Of a DNA stretch of 64,000 nt, positions 46,901-57,500 are shown piece by piece. The first letter of the stretch is position 1. Every line of letters begins with the position of its first letter. The DNA is from Candidatus Omnitrophota bacterium (GTDB lineage: Bacteria > Omnitrophota > Gorgyraeia > Tantalellales > Tantalellaceae). The notes below the pieces were generated by a model. It ran no database searches. It was not told the DNA's origin and saw only the letters and a program-made list of their open reading frames with translations. The stretch spans positions 78,494-142,493 of the forward strand of contig JAQUQS010000003.1 of the NCBI GenBank assembly GCA_028715965.1, read 5' to 3'. The position numbers and the translations under genes were made by a program.

Positions 46901-49075
46901 ATGAAAAATAAGAAATTTTTCCTGATAACATTCGGTATCATTTGCGTTATTCTTTCGTGTTTTCCCGCGATGGCCGAAGACAAAAAGGGGTCCTCTGACC
47001 TTGTTTCCGACATGGCCATGCTGATGCTCCAGATCGGTATAGTCCTTTTCGCGGCATGGGGAGGCGGCACCTTATTCAAAAAATTCAAGCTGCCGGAAGT
47101 GCTCGGGGAGATAGTATCCGGTATTTTCATAGGGCCATACCTTCTTGGGGCCCTGCCGCTTCCTTCGTTCCCCAACGGGTTGTTCCCCCTCCATCCGGGA
47201 CTACCGATATCTATCGAGCTGTACAGCCTTTCGGTAATAGCCTCTATCATCCTCCTTTTCCTTGTAGGGGTGGAGACCGATGTCGAAATGCTTTTCCGTT
47301 TTTCCGTCACAGGCCTTGTCGTAGGCATCGGCGGCGTTATCATAAGCTTCCTGGCCGGCGCTTTTGGGGGCGCGATCTTCATGAGTTACGTACTTGAAAG
47401 GCCTCTGGACCTTTTACAGCCTATACCACTGTTCCTGGGAGTTATCTCGACAGCCACGTCCGTTGGCATTACCGCCAGGGTACTTTCCTCCAACCGGAAG
47501 ATCGACTCCCCTGAAGGCGTGACCATCCTGTCGGCCGCGGTGATCGACGACGTTCTCGGTATAATAGCCTTCGCCGTGGTCATCGGCATTATCCGTAGCG
47601 GACACGTGGTGTGGCGTGACATATCGATAATATCGCTCAAGGCTATAGGGATCTGGTTAGGCTTCACCGTGCTGGGACTGACGTTCTCACGCCAGATCAG
47701 TTCCTTCCTGAAAAAATACTTCAGTGACAGGTCCACGATGGCCGTTATGAGTTTTGCCCTCGCACTTCTTCTGGCCGGCATATTCGAAAAATCCGGCCTT
47801 GCCATGATAATCGGGGCGTATGTTATGGGCATCTCCCTTTCAAAGACCGATATTTCTTTCGTAATAAGAGAAAATCTTGATGTTTTGAACAAGTTATTCG
47901 TACCGCTCTTTTTCTGTGTTATGGGTATGTTGATAGATCTGCGAGAGCTTTTCCACCCCGCTGTCATATATTTTGGTCTTCTCTATACGCTCTTGGCGGT
48001 CATCGGCAAGATAGCGGGTTGCAGCATACCATCCCTCTTCTTGAATTTCACCCCGCGTGGGGCCCTCAGAATAGGTGTCGGAATGGTACCCAGGGGCGAG
48101 GTGGCCCTTATCATCGCAGGTATAGGACTCGCGTTGGGCTTCATCCCCCACGACGTCTTCAGCCTGGCTATCATCATGACGTTCATAACCACGCTTATAA
48201 CGCCTCCCGTCCTGGATACACTCTTGCGTTCGGACAAACCCGCCCTCCGGAGATCACAACAGGTCAAAAAAGGGACTGAAACGATAAAATACACTTTGCC
48301 TAACCCCGAGACCACGGAACTTATTCTCACCAAGATAGTCGCGGCGTTCGAAAGTGAGGGCTTTTTTGTCCATCGCATCACGATAACAGATACGCTTTAC
48401 CAGATACGCAAGAACGACATCTTTTTCTCGATGAGGCAATATCCGCATGAACTGGTTTTTGAGTGTTCCGGGGATGATACATATCTCGTCCATACAGTAT
48501 TTTACGAGGTCATAGCCGAACTCGAGGAGCTCATCAAGAATCTTGAGTCCGTTTCCGACAAGGAAAAGATAGCCCGGGATATCTTCGGCCATACGTCCTC
48601 GGGGTCCAGGGAAAAACTGAACCTTTACCAGATCATCAAACCCTTGGCGGTAACAACCACCCTGAGCGGCGAGACAAAGGATGAAATACTGGCGGAGCTG
48701 GTGGACCTACTTGTGCGGGCAGGCGAACTTCCGATGGAAAAACGTGATGTGGTCCTCAAGGACCTCCTGGAAAGAGAGGCTACCATGTCCACCGGGATGC
48801 AGGACGGCGTGGCTCTTCCACACACAAAGACAATGGCCGTCGACCACCTTATATCCGGCGTAGGCGTAAAAAAAGACGGGGTGGAATTCGACGCCCTTGA
48901 CAGGAAGCCGGCACAGATATTCGTTATAACGCTCGCGCCGAAAGCGAACCAGGAACCATACCTTCAATTCATGGCCGAAGTGACCAAGGTCTTGATAAAT
49001 CCGGAAGCCCGGAAAAAGATATTATCATGTTCCACGGATAAAGAACTCTTCACCACACTTACGTCCTCGACTTGA
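46901..49075 (+). CDS. Cation:proton antiporter (Na+/H+ exchanger family) fused to C-terminal PTS EIIA type-2 (PtsN-like) domain
   Basis: About 400-aa polytopic exchanger domain, linker domain, then EIIA-2 motif TMSTGMQDGVALPHTKT with phosphorylatable His. Confidence 0.75.
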   Translation: MKNKKFFLITFGIICVILSCFPAMAEDKKGSSDLVSDMAMLMLQIGIVLFAAWGGGTLFKKFKLPEVLGEIVSGIFIGPYLLGALPLPSFPNGLFPLHPGLPISIELYSLSVIASIILLFLVGVETDVEMLFRFSVTGLVVGIGGVIISFLAGAFGGAIFMSYVLERPLDLLQPIPLFLGVISTATSVGITARVLSSNRKIDSPEGVTILSAAVIDDVLGIIAFAVVIGIIRSGHVVWRDISIISLKAIGIWLGFTVLGLTFSRQISSFLKKYFSDRSTMAVMSFALALLLAGIFEKSGLAMIIGAYVMGISLSKTDISFVIRENLDVLNKLFVPLFFCVMGMLIDLRELFHPAVIYFGLLYTLLAVIGKIAGCSIPSLFLNFTPRGALRIGVGMVPRGEVALIIAGIGLALGFIPHDVFSLAIIMTFITTLITPPVLDTLLRSDKPALRRSQQVKKGTETIKYTLPNPETTELILTKIVAAFESEGFFVHRITITDTLYQIRKNDIFFSMRQYPHELVFECSGDDTYLVHTVFYEVIAELEELIKNLESVSDKEKIARDIFGHTSSGSREKLNLYQIIKPLAVTTTLSGETKDEILAELVDLLVRAGELPMEKRDVVLKDLLEREATMSTGMQDGVALPHTKTMAVDHLISGVGVKKDGVEFDALDRKPAQIFVITLAPKANQEPYLQFMAEVTKVLINPEARKKILSCSTDKELFTTLTSST

Positions 49076-49093
49076 TACGTCGCCTTACCCGGA

Positions 49094-49549
49094 TCAGATA
49101 TAATCAGGCGAACCATACTTGGTAAAAAGACCCTTGTCGCTCGAGATAACCCTTCTCACGGGCATGTGGCTTGGGTGGGCCGCGTTGTGCAGCCATGACC
49201 AGGCGTTCTCCGCTTCTTCAGGCTTGAAATACAAGGTCTCGGCCATAACGAATACTGACCCTGAAAGTATCTCACTCATCACTTTTGTCCACGAATGGGC
49301 CCCTATGACAGCGATAAGCTCTATATCGCCCATATGTTCCTTTAGGAACCCGAAGACTTCCCATTCCGACTTTAGGTCCGCTCCGTCCATATTCGTGACA
49401 TCCGCGAAGAGCCTTAACTTCTTTCCCGCCCGTCGAACCGCCTCTTCCATTTCAGGAAGGAACGCTTCTACCTCACTAGGTGCCAACTTACCGGTAACTT
49501 CGAACCCGAATACATTGGAGTATCCGCGTTCGACCTTCTTAATTCCCAT
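49094..49549 (-). CDS. SpoIIAA-like/STAS-like domain protein, hypothetical
   Basis: About 150 aa alpha/beta pattern; weak family assignment. Confidence 0.35.
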   Translation of the reverse strand: MGIKKVERGYSNVFGFEVTGKLAPSEVEAFLPEMEEAVRRAGKKLRLFADVTNMDGADLKSEWEVFGFLKEHMGDIELIAVIGAHSWTKVMSEILSGSVFVMAETLYFKPEEAENAWSWLHNAAHPSHMPVRRVISSDKGLFTKYGSPDYI

Positions 49550-49575
49550 GGCGTGCCCCTTCCCTGCGGGTTTTC

Positions 49576-50640
49576 CTACAAACAACCGACCTTATTCATC
49601 GCGGTCTTTATCCTGCTAAGTCCTTCTTCTATCTGGGCGCTGTCAAGAGCGTAGCTTAGCCTGATATGTCCCGGCGCGCCGAACCAATCCCCCAGATAAG
49701 CGATCACGTTATGTTCATAATAAAGTGTGGTTATGAACTCCCTGGCGTTCTTACACTTGGGTAATATATAGAACGCGCCCTCCGGCTTCCATAGTTCGAA
49801 TCCCAGGTCGCAGAAACCCTTATAGATCAAGTCCCGGCGCTCACGCCATATCGCCTGTTGCTTGACAATATATTCTTTCGGCGCGGCCATCGCGCAAAGC
49901 GCCATATCCTGTCCCACAAGGTTAGTGTTCATGGAAGTGTGGGTTTTCAGCTCTATAACGGCATCAGCTACCTTCTGGTCGCTGCTCCATAGGTATCCGA
50001 CACGTACACCGCACATGGCGTACGTTTTCGAGAAAGAGTTCACCGTTATCACATGTTCGCCCTGAAGATGATAGTTCTCTCTTTCGTATATAAGGTCCTT
50101 ATACACTTCGTCGGATATTATATACACACCAAGCTGAGCGGTTATTCTCTCTATTTCCCTCAGGGTCTCTATAAGTTCAACACGGCCCGTGGGATTCGAG
50201 GGTGAGTTGATAAGAACAGCCTTACAATCTTTCACCTTCTTCTTGAAATCCTCGATATCTATCCTGCCATCCACGAGGTCGGTATATACCGGTTCCATTC
50301 CCGCAAGTTCGATTATCGGCGGATAAGAATAGTAATATGGTCTTGGAAGAAGCACCTTACCTTTCCCCCAAGCCCTGAAGATAAGATCAAGCGCCTCAGA
50401 CGCCCCGTTGGTGATAACGAAATTCTCCGCGGTGGAATCGGCATACTCCCTGGACAGGGCTTCCCGCAATGGAAGTTCCCCCTGTATAAGTCCGTACCTG
50501 AGATCCTTCCTTATGTCAATGCCCTCTATGGCTTCTTTAGGCGGCGGCAGGTCCGGTTGGCCTGAACCGAAACTTATAACTCCATTACCCTGCTTGCCGA
50601 TAAACACCGATGGGCTTTTAAGATCAAGTTTTTTATCCAC
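49576..50640 (-). CDS. Pyridoxal-phosphate-dependent aminotransferase, class I/II
   Basis: PLP lysine context SFSKTYAMCGVRVGY; N..ASEAL and GLP..P patterns. Confidence 0.8.
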   Translation of the reverse strand: MDKKLDLKSPSVFIGKQGNGVISFGSGQPDLPPPKEAIEGIDIRKDLRYGLIQGELPLREALSREYADSTAENFVITNGASEALDLIFRAWGKGKVLLPRPYYYSYPPIIELAGMEPVYTDLVDGRIDIEDFKKKVKDCKAVLINSPSNPTGRVELIETLREIERITAQLGVYIISDEVYKDLIYERENYHLQGEHVITVNSFSKTYAMCGVRVGYLWSSDQKVADAVIELKTHTSMNTNLVGQDMALCAMAAPKEYIVKQQAIWRERRDLIYKGFCDLGFELWKPEGAFYILPKCKNAREFITTLYYEHNVIAYLGDWFGAPGHIRLSYALDSAQIEEGLSRIKTAMNKVGCL

Positions 50641-50751
50641 GTTTTATCCTTACTTTTTGTTGTATCCTCACCGGATATAAGTTACCGTTCATTTATTGTA
50701 ATATGCCCACACCCTAAATTCAACAGAAGAAAGACCGCGCTATTTCCGGTC

Positions 50752-51564
50752 TCATATCAAAGTTCTCTTGACCAGGTCTTTCCACTTGCCGGTCCATCCC
50801 TTCTCGTGTCCACACCCCTCCACTACATCCAGTCGCTCGAGCTGCCTGTCCCCGGTCCTGATAACGAATGTTTCCGCCACTTCCTGAGGCACCACGTTAT
50901 CTTTGTCCCCGGAAAAATGCCGTTGGGGTATATCTGCTACTTTTCCGGCTACATCGATCGGGTTCAGGGATCCCCCTATCTGCCCGACCCTGTGTAGCTT
51001 ATTGACCGCGACATGGTCGAGGTTCCCTGCGACCGTCACGATGCCAATGACATCCTCCCGTCTTGCCGCGATCAGAACAGCCACGGCACCGCCGCCTGAA
51101 TAGCCTATTAATTTTACCTCTTTCGCCCCCGATAGGCTCTTCAACTCGTCGACGGCTTCACTCATCGAGGCTATCACCTCTTCCGAGAACCTCTTACCCG
51201 TCCAGTAACCGCTATCGTAGTTCTTTCCTCCTACATATTGGCACGGCCTGGCAAGATATGCCAGATTCGGGGAACCATCCGCGATCATCATCTTGAAGAC
51301 CATAGGTGTCCGCGGGGTAGGGTCCGTTGAGACCGTCCTCCTGTTCTTCCAGGCGCGCCCGTCCCCCTCTATGTATATGACGATAGGAGCGCCTTTTTCG
51401 TGCACCCTCGCATACGACAGCAGCGTAAAATACGGCGTATCGATCCTGTGTTCGACAAATCCGTTCTTACCTGCCAGCTCTTTTACCGCGCGTGTCGCGT
51501 TCATGGCCGCTCCACAAACGTTGTTCCAGGAGAACAGGAACACGGCCAGAAAAGCGTAAAACAT
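50752..51564 (-). CDS. Secreted alpha/beta-hydrolase (esterase / dienelactone-hydrolase-like)
   Basis: Nucleophile elbow GYSGGG; signal peptide; catalytic His near the C-terminus (GCGHEKGW). Confidence 0.65.
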   Translation of the reverse strand: MFYAFLAVFLFSWNNVCGAAMNATRAVKELAGKNGFVEHRIDTPYFTLLSYARVHEKGAPIVIYIEGDGRAWKNRRTVSTDPTPRTPMVFKMMIADGSPNLAYLARPCQYVGGKNYDSGYWTGKRFSEEVIASMSEAVDELKSLSGAKEVKLIGYSGGGAVAVLIAARREDVIGIVTVAGNLDHVAVNKLHRVGQIGGSLNPIDVAGKVADIPQRHFSGDKDNVVPQEVAETFVIRTGDRQLERLDVVEGCGHEKGWTGKWKDLVKRTLI

Positions 51565-51619
51565 AAAAATGGAGGGCCTCACCAGCCCTCCATTTTCATG
51601 TTTCACTTCCGCATACGCT

Positions 51620-53689
51620 TTAAAAACTGTATTTGACAGTGACTGTACCATTGTGCGAAATATACTCGTCTTTGAGCGCTAGGTCATACCCCAGCTCCAC
51701 GGTGGTGCTCAGGTATTCCGCCGTCAAGCTCAATCCGACATCATATGTGTTCCTGTCCGGCTTGGACCCGTTGGCCGTGAAAGATGGTCCGCCACCGGCA
51801 AATGCCGAATTGACCTCCACCTGTTCTCCCATGTAATCATGTAACCATTTAAAATACACTTCCGGCTTCATGTTGACCTTGTCCCACAGGAATGGATAAG
51901 CCGCTTTGAGCCCCAGCCCCTGCTCGAACTTATCGTATTCCTGTCCATCCACATTAAGGTTCAGCGAACCTGCCCCGTCCTCGGTATAATCATCAAGCCT
52001 GAGATGCACCCAGCTCAATGATGTGAACGGCGTGAATATAAAACCTTCGTAAGGATAATCGTACCCGATCTCGCCATATACCTGGTATTGCTGGCCATCG
52101 TATTCGGCTTCAGCGGTCCTGGATATAGCGCCAAAGTTTATATCCCTTGACCCTTTATACCAGTTCCACCCAAAAAGCCCTACAAGGTCGGCATAGACAT
52201 TATCGTTGTCGACGAATACCGCGTCCGGGGTGTTATACTGCCCGTATACCAACCCTTGTACGCAGTTTATATCCGTATCGTTCACGTTCTGCTGTTTGGA
52301 ATCTACCTTTGAATAGGCATACCCAAACCCTACGCCGATGTTCAGGGCTTCGGTCATAAGGCAATCATACCCGACAACAACTCCCATCATCCAGGATTTA
52401 TACCCGTCTATCCCTTTGCGTTTGTCCTGGTCGGTATAGTTACCGAAACCTTTCGCCCATATGGTATTAGGTTCTTCCGCGCTTCCCGTGGATACGCCAG
52501 TCCCGCCGCCGATGCTCGACATGTGGGACACTATGGTCTGCGTCGCCCCTACACCTATATCATAAGTCGCGCTTCTCGCCCCATCGTCCACAGCCGGCAT
52601 CAGATCGCTATAAGCCGAGTCAACTGCGGTCGCGCTCGTGAGCCCTTGTAGTTCGGACACGACCGTCGCCATATCACCCGTAGCACCAGCTGTATCGATC
52701 GACGCAAGCGTCTTGGCTACCGCGGCATCGTTACTTCCCGCAGCGGGGCTGACATAATCCGTAGCGGCCGTTATTACAAGGTTGTCTCCGGCGGCACTGG
52801 CCGAGGTAAAGGATAAAATAGTGCTGTTATCCGTAACGGGAATATCCGCCGCGACACCGTTCGTTCCCCCGTCGTTACCATCGACTATCGTAAGAGCCGA
52901 GCCTGTCTTCACGTACCCCGTAACGTTCACGCTAACAGTCGTGTTCGTATCTATGGTCGCGTCGCCTGTCACGTCTATATGCCCGTAGGATGTCGCGCTC
53001 GCTACGGTAGTTGACAATGTACCCGCGGCGGCCGGGGTCTGATCATATATCCCCCCTACGTCAAGCGTGTTCCCTGCCAGGGCCACATTTTCCGTAAGCG
53101 TATCCCCGGTAATGGAGCATCCTGTCCCGTCAACCGTGATGGTCCTGAGTACGGCAGATCCGCCCGTGCCGACACCGCCCGTGATGACGTTGGTCCCGTG
53201 AAGCACAAGGTCGGTAGTGGTGTTTGACGCCTGCTGGTTGGCTATATCCCCAGTTATGTCGACACCGCTGGCCAGGTCTATCGTAGTGCTGTTCCAGAGG
53301 CCTATAGGCATCCATACATCACCCTGGAAGTATATGGTATGGTTCTGCATAAGGTCTATGGTCGAGCTGTTAATAGCGTTGGTCTCCCCTATCGTTCCCG
53401 TGACGGTTATATCGCCCGTAGTATTATAGAACGCTACGGTACAGGTATTCGCCACAGCTGCATCTATACTTTTGCCCGCGTCGTTCCCTACGGTCGTGTT
53501 CCCCGCACGGAACACAAGCGCGCCGGTCGCCCCGTCAAATACGTACGCCGCATCGTTCGCGGCCGGGTCCACGGTAGCGCCCACCCCGATATGCGTCGCC
53601 GCCACGGCAAATACATCGGCCGGGCATAACACTACACCCAAAGCCAATGACAAGAACAATGATAAAGTTTTTTTACATACCCCGTACAT
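51620..53689 (-). CDS. Autotransporter (type Va): Thr/Gly-rich passenger plus C-terminal beta-barrel translocator
   Basis: Signal peptide; repetitive TGD/TVD-rich passenger; about 280-aa C-terminal barrel ending ...GTVTVKYSF. Confidence 0.7.
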   Translation of the reverse strand: MYGVCKKTLSLFLSLALGVVLCPADVFAVAATHIGVGATVDPAANDAAYVFDGATGALVFRAGNTTVGNDAGKSIDAAVANTCTVAFYNTTGDITVTGTIGETNAINSSTIDLMQNHTIYFQGDVWMPIGLWNSTTIDLASGVDITGDIANQQASNTTTDLVLHGTNVITGGVGTGGSAVLRTITVDGTGCSITGDTLTENVALAGNTLDVGGIYDQTPAAAGTLSTTVASATSYGHIDVTGDATIDTNTTVSVNVTGYVKTGSALTIVDGNDGGTNGVAADIPVTDNSTILSFTSASAAGDNLVITAATDYVSPAAGSNDAAVAKTLASIDTAGATGDMATVVSELQGLTSATAVDSAYSDLMPAVDDGARSATYDIGVGATQTIVSHMSSIGGGTGVSTGSAEEPNTIWAKGFGNYTDQDKRKGIDGYKSWMMGVVVGYDCLMTEALNIGVGFGYAYSKVDSKQQNVNDTDINCVQGLVYGQYNTPDAVFVDNDNVYADLVGLFGWNWYKGSRDINFGAISRTAEAEYDGQQYQVYGEIGYDYPYEGFIFTPFTSLSWVHLRLDDYTEDGAGSLNLNVDGQEYDKFEQGLGLKAAYPFLWDKVNMKPEVYFKWLHDYMGEQVEVNSAFAGGGPSFTANGSKPDRNTYDVGLSLTAEYLSTTVELGYDLALKDEYISHNGTVTVKYSF

Positions 53690-53883
53690 ACCCCCTCCTT
53701 TTCCCCTTTTACGCTAACGTTATTTGTAAATCATGCAACAAATATACTTAATCCGCGCGGACAAAACAAGGTTAACGTTCTCCTCAGGTCAAACACACGA
53801 AAAATAGTTAAATTATAAAAAGCATGGTTTGACGCGCGTCCCCGGACCGTAACATCCGGTCAACAGGCACTTCTGATAAAATG

Positions 53884-53930
53884 GAACATGAGCTCCTTTA
53901 TTTCTTCCCGGCTATCTTATCAAAAGCATC
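53884..53930. repeat. 47-bp direct repeat copy 1 (duplicate of the GYD gene 3' end)
   Basis: GAACATGAGCTCCTTTATTTCTTCCCGGCTATCTTATCAAAAGCATC, 44 of 47 identical to 54163-54209. Confidence 0.7.
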
Positions 53931-54084
53931 GCCACACATTACACGCTGTTATCGCATATGCAAAGAACCCTTGAACGGCCGAAATAACACGCATAGAATA
54001 TTACGCGCCTTCGGCGCATTTTGAGGACGGATACACCCGCCCTTATGCCCGCCTTGCCATTTCTCATACAAGCAAGATATTGGC

Positions 54085-54160
54085 CATGTCAAATGTGTCG
54101 TGGCCAAGTTCCGCAGCCCAAAAGGCGAGGACTGTTTGAGGCGTAGATACATTTGACATG
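54085..54160. repeat. Conserved-core hairpin element, copy B
   Basis: Perfect 12-bp closing stem CATGTCAAATGT/ACATTTGACATG around core ...AGTTCCGCAG..CGAGGACTGTTTGAG..GTAG. Confidence 0.6.
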
Positions 54161-54162
54161 CA

Positions 54163-54209
54163 GAACATGAGCTCCTTTATTTCTTCCCGACTATTTTATC
54201 AAAAGCATC
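54163..54209. repeat. 47-bp direct repeat copy 2 (authentic 3' end of GYD gene)
   Basis: Covers the stop codon and last nine codons (..DAFDKIVGKK*) of the 54177..54461 gene. Confidence 0.7.
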
Positions 54210-54461
54210 TACTTTTACGGCAGGCGAGGTAGTGAACGCGATCCCGGTCATCTTTGAAAGTTCGATCGACGCCTTCATCGCCTTGGCGACATCCGCGAAA
54301 TCGGCCATTATCGCGATATCATGCGCCCCCATGAGCGCGTAGATAGATTCGACCTTGCCGCCGGCTTTCTTAATGGCATTTACGCCCTTTTTGGTACGTG
54401 CCGAGCTGATGCCTTTCATGGCATCTATCGAGTATTTCCCCATCATCAAGAATTTGGCCAT
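54177..54461 (-). CDS. GYD-domain protein
   Basis: MAKFLMMGKYSIDAMKGIS... matches the GYD family (PF08734); 94 aa. Confidence 0.7.
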   Translation of the reverse strand: MAKFLMMGKYSIDAMKGISSARTKKGVNAIKKAGGKVESIYALMGAHDIAIMADFADVAKAMKASIELSKMTGIAFTTSPAVKVDAFDKIVGKK

Positions 54462-54592
54462 ATCCCACCTCCTTGTTATCGGTAGTTAAAAACCCCTGAT
54501 ATCAACGCGCCAGACCTGGTATCCCGGCGGTTTTATTATAATACCTTTTTCCATGGCTGGGAACATGATAGTGTGATCCCAACCACCAGGTA

Positions 54593-57500
54593 TCATTTCC
54601 CTATATCGACCTTCACCTCATGCTCGCGGTGGTCATCTATAAGATGTACACGCGCGTCCCCCGACGCGTCACCGTCCACGGTAAGGCCGCTCACAGCGCC
54701 ACCCGGTCCTACCCTCTTGAAATGTATATGGTAGACGGTCTCCCTGAACCTGTAATGCACCGTATATCCCGCCCATTCATCGGGAACACACGGTTTAAAC
54801 GCGAGCGTACAGTCCTCAAGCGTTATCCCCAGGATATGTTCGACCACGAGGCGGTACATCCATCCCGCGGAACCGGTGTACCATGTCCATCCGCCTCTTC
54901 CCGCATGGGGGCTCGACGCGTAGACATCCGCGGCGACTACATACGGCTCAACCTTGTAGACAGACATCTTTTTCGCGTCAGATCCGTGATTCACCGGATT
55001 TATCATCTGGAAAAGTTCCCAGGCCTTCTTTCGGTCTCCCAACAGGATGAACGCTATCACGACCCATACCGCCGCGTGCGTGTATTGGCCTCCATTCTCC
55101 CTTATCCCGGGCAAATATCCTTTTATATACCCCGGGTCCATATCTGAAGTATCGAATGGAGGGGCTAGAAGCTGTATAAGCCCGGCATCTTTGTGGACAA
55201 GTTTTCTATACACCTGGTCCATGGCTGTTTCCGCCAGTTTTTTGTCCCCGGCCGCGGATATCACCGACCAGCTCTGGGCTATCGAATCTATACTGCATTC
55301 CTCGTTCTTATGCGAACCGAGCGTTTTACCGTCATCAAAGAAAGCGCGCAGATACCATTTCCCGTCCCAGGCCTTCTCGTCTATGCTTTTCGCGATCCGA
55401 TCCGATTCATGCCGGCATTTCTCCTCAAAGTGGATATCCCCGCGCATACGCGCTATAGCACCGAACTCCTTCACCACATAGAAAAGGAAGAACGCCAACC
55501 AGACACTTTCCCCTTTTCCTTCCGCGCCTACGAGATTCATTCCGTCGTTCCAGTCACCGGCGCCCATAAGCGGCAGGCCGTGTTCCCCATACCTGAAAGC
55601 CCTACTCAGCGCGCGGACACAATGCTCATATACCGTAGCCTTCTCCTCGGTCCTGGCCGGCCTGTCGTAGTACGCGTCCGTATCCGGATCAAGAGGCCTT
55701 CCCTCAAGGAAACTCGTTCTTTCCTCGAGCACGCCGGTATCCCCGGTCGCCTTTACGTACCTGGCTACCGCCAGGGGTAACCATAAAAGATCATCGGAGA
55801 AATGCGTCCTAACGCCGGCGCCATAAGGTTCGTGCCACCAGTGCTGGACGTCACCTTCCCTGAACTGTCTCCCCGACGCCCTTACGATCTGCTCCCTCAG
55901 CATATAAGGAGCGGAATGAACAAGCGCCATAGCGTCCTGCAACTGGTCCCTGAACCCGAAAGCCCCTCCCGACTGATAGTACCCCGATCTTGCCCACATG
56001 CGGCATGCTACCGTCTGGTACAATAGCCAGCTATTCGTCATAACGTTCATCGAAGCTTCGGGAGTATTTACATATACCGCTCCCAGCATATGGTTCCAAT
56101 AATTCCATACATTGTTCAGGTTCTCACGGGCGGACGCCGTTCCTTTATATCTTTTCACCAGGTCACGCGCCTCGTCCGCGTTCCTGCCCGCGCCTAATAT
56201 GAATGCCACTTCTTTTTCCTGTCCGTCGGCAAGTTCCAGCTTTGTCTGTATCGCGCCGCACGGATCGAACCCTGCCCCCAGCCTGTTGGAAAGCTTCGTC
56301 CTGTGCATAGCCGCGGGGGACCTGTAGTCACCGTTCCTGCCTATGAATTCAGCCCTGTCCCCGGTCGTGGTCTTTACGGATTCACTGACATCCAGGAACG
56401 TCGTGTATTGCCCGAAATCCGCGTTGTAGTAGTTCCTCATGAAAAGCGCGCCTGTTTTCGGATCTATCTCGGTCACGACATGCATCTGTGTCTTATCCCT
56501 TGCCTCTCCGAGCACTGGTTCGACATAGGAAGTCAGCGACAGTTTCTTTTCCCGCCCCGATACGTTCTTTATTTTGAGAAAGGAATATTTAACGGCGGCG
56601 TCAATGGCCACATACACCCACAGCTCCGTCTCAATACCATCTTCCCTATGGGAGAACACCGTGTATCCGCATCCATGCCGCACGGCGTATCCGGTCTGGC
56701 CGCGCGCCGGCCCCGGCGACGGGGACCAGAAATTCCCGGCCTCTTCATCCCTTATATACATAGCTTCGCCGCTAATGTCGCTTACCGGGTCGTTGTACCA
56801 TGGCGTAAGCCTGTATTGGCTGGAATTATCGAACCAGGTATACGCTCCCCCTCTTTCCGACACCACGGTCCCGAAGAACGGGTTCGCTATAACGTTCGCC
56901 CACGGTGCCGGCGTGACCATGCCGGGCTTGAGGAATATGACATATTCCCGCCCGTCAGGGGTGAAACCTCCAAGACCGTTGAAGAACACCAGCTCTACGA
57001 ACGGGGAGAACTCTTCCCCTTCCCGTTTTGCGGGGCGCTTCCTGGTCGGGATGAGCCTCGGCACCTTGAGGTCGGAACGGCTCCTCCTGTCGATCTGTTC
57101 CGCCAGGGTTCCCATCGTGTCGGATATTATTATGCGTGCCAGCGTCTGGAACAGTATCTTATCCACTTCTGATATCTGCTCCGACTGTCTTATGAAAACA
57201 CCTCCGGGCCTGTCCAGGAAATGCGCTTCCATTCCCGCGGTCACCATGCCCATTATCTTGTTCTGCAGGTCCTGACGATAACTTGAATGGTCTTCGTTCC
57301 ATATGACAAGATCGACCTCAAGTCCCTTCATACGCCAGTATATATGTGCTTTCAGCATCTGGCGGACAAGATCTATGTTCGCCGGGTCCGATATCCTTAC
57401 AAGAACGATCGGCAGGTCACCGGATATACTGTATCCCCACAGCCCGGACTGTTCACGCCTGTTCTTCATTATCACACTTGCCCCGGCACGCCTCAGGTAA

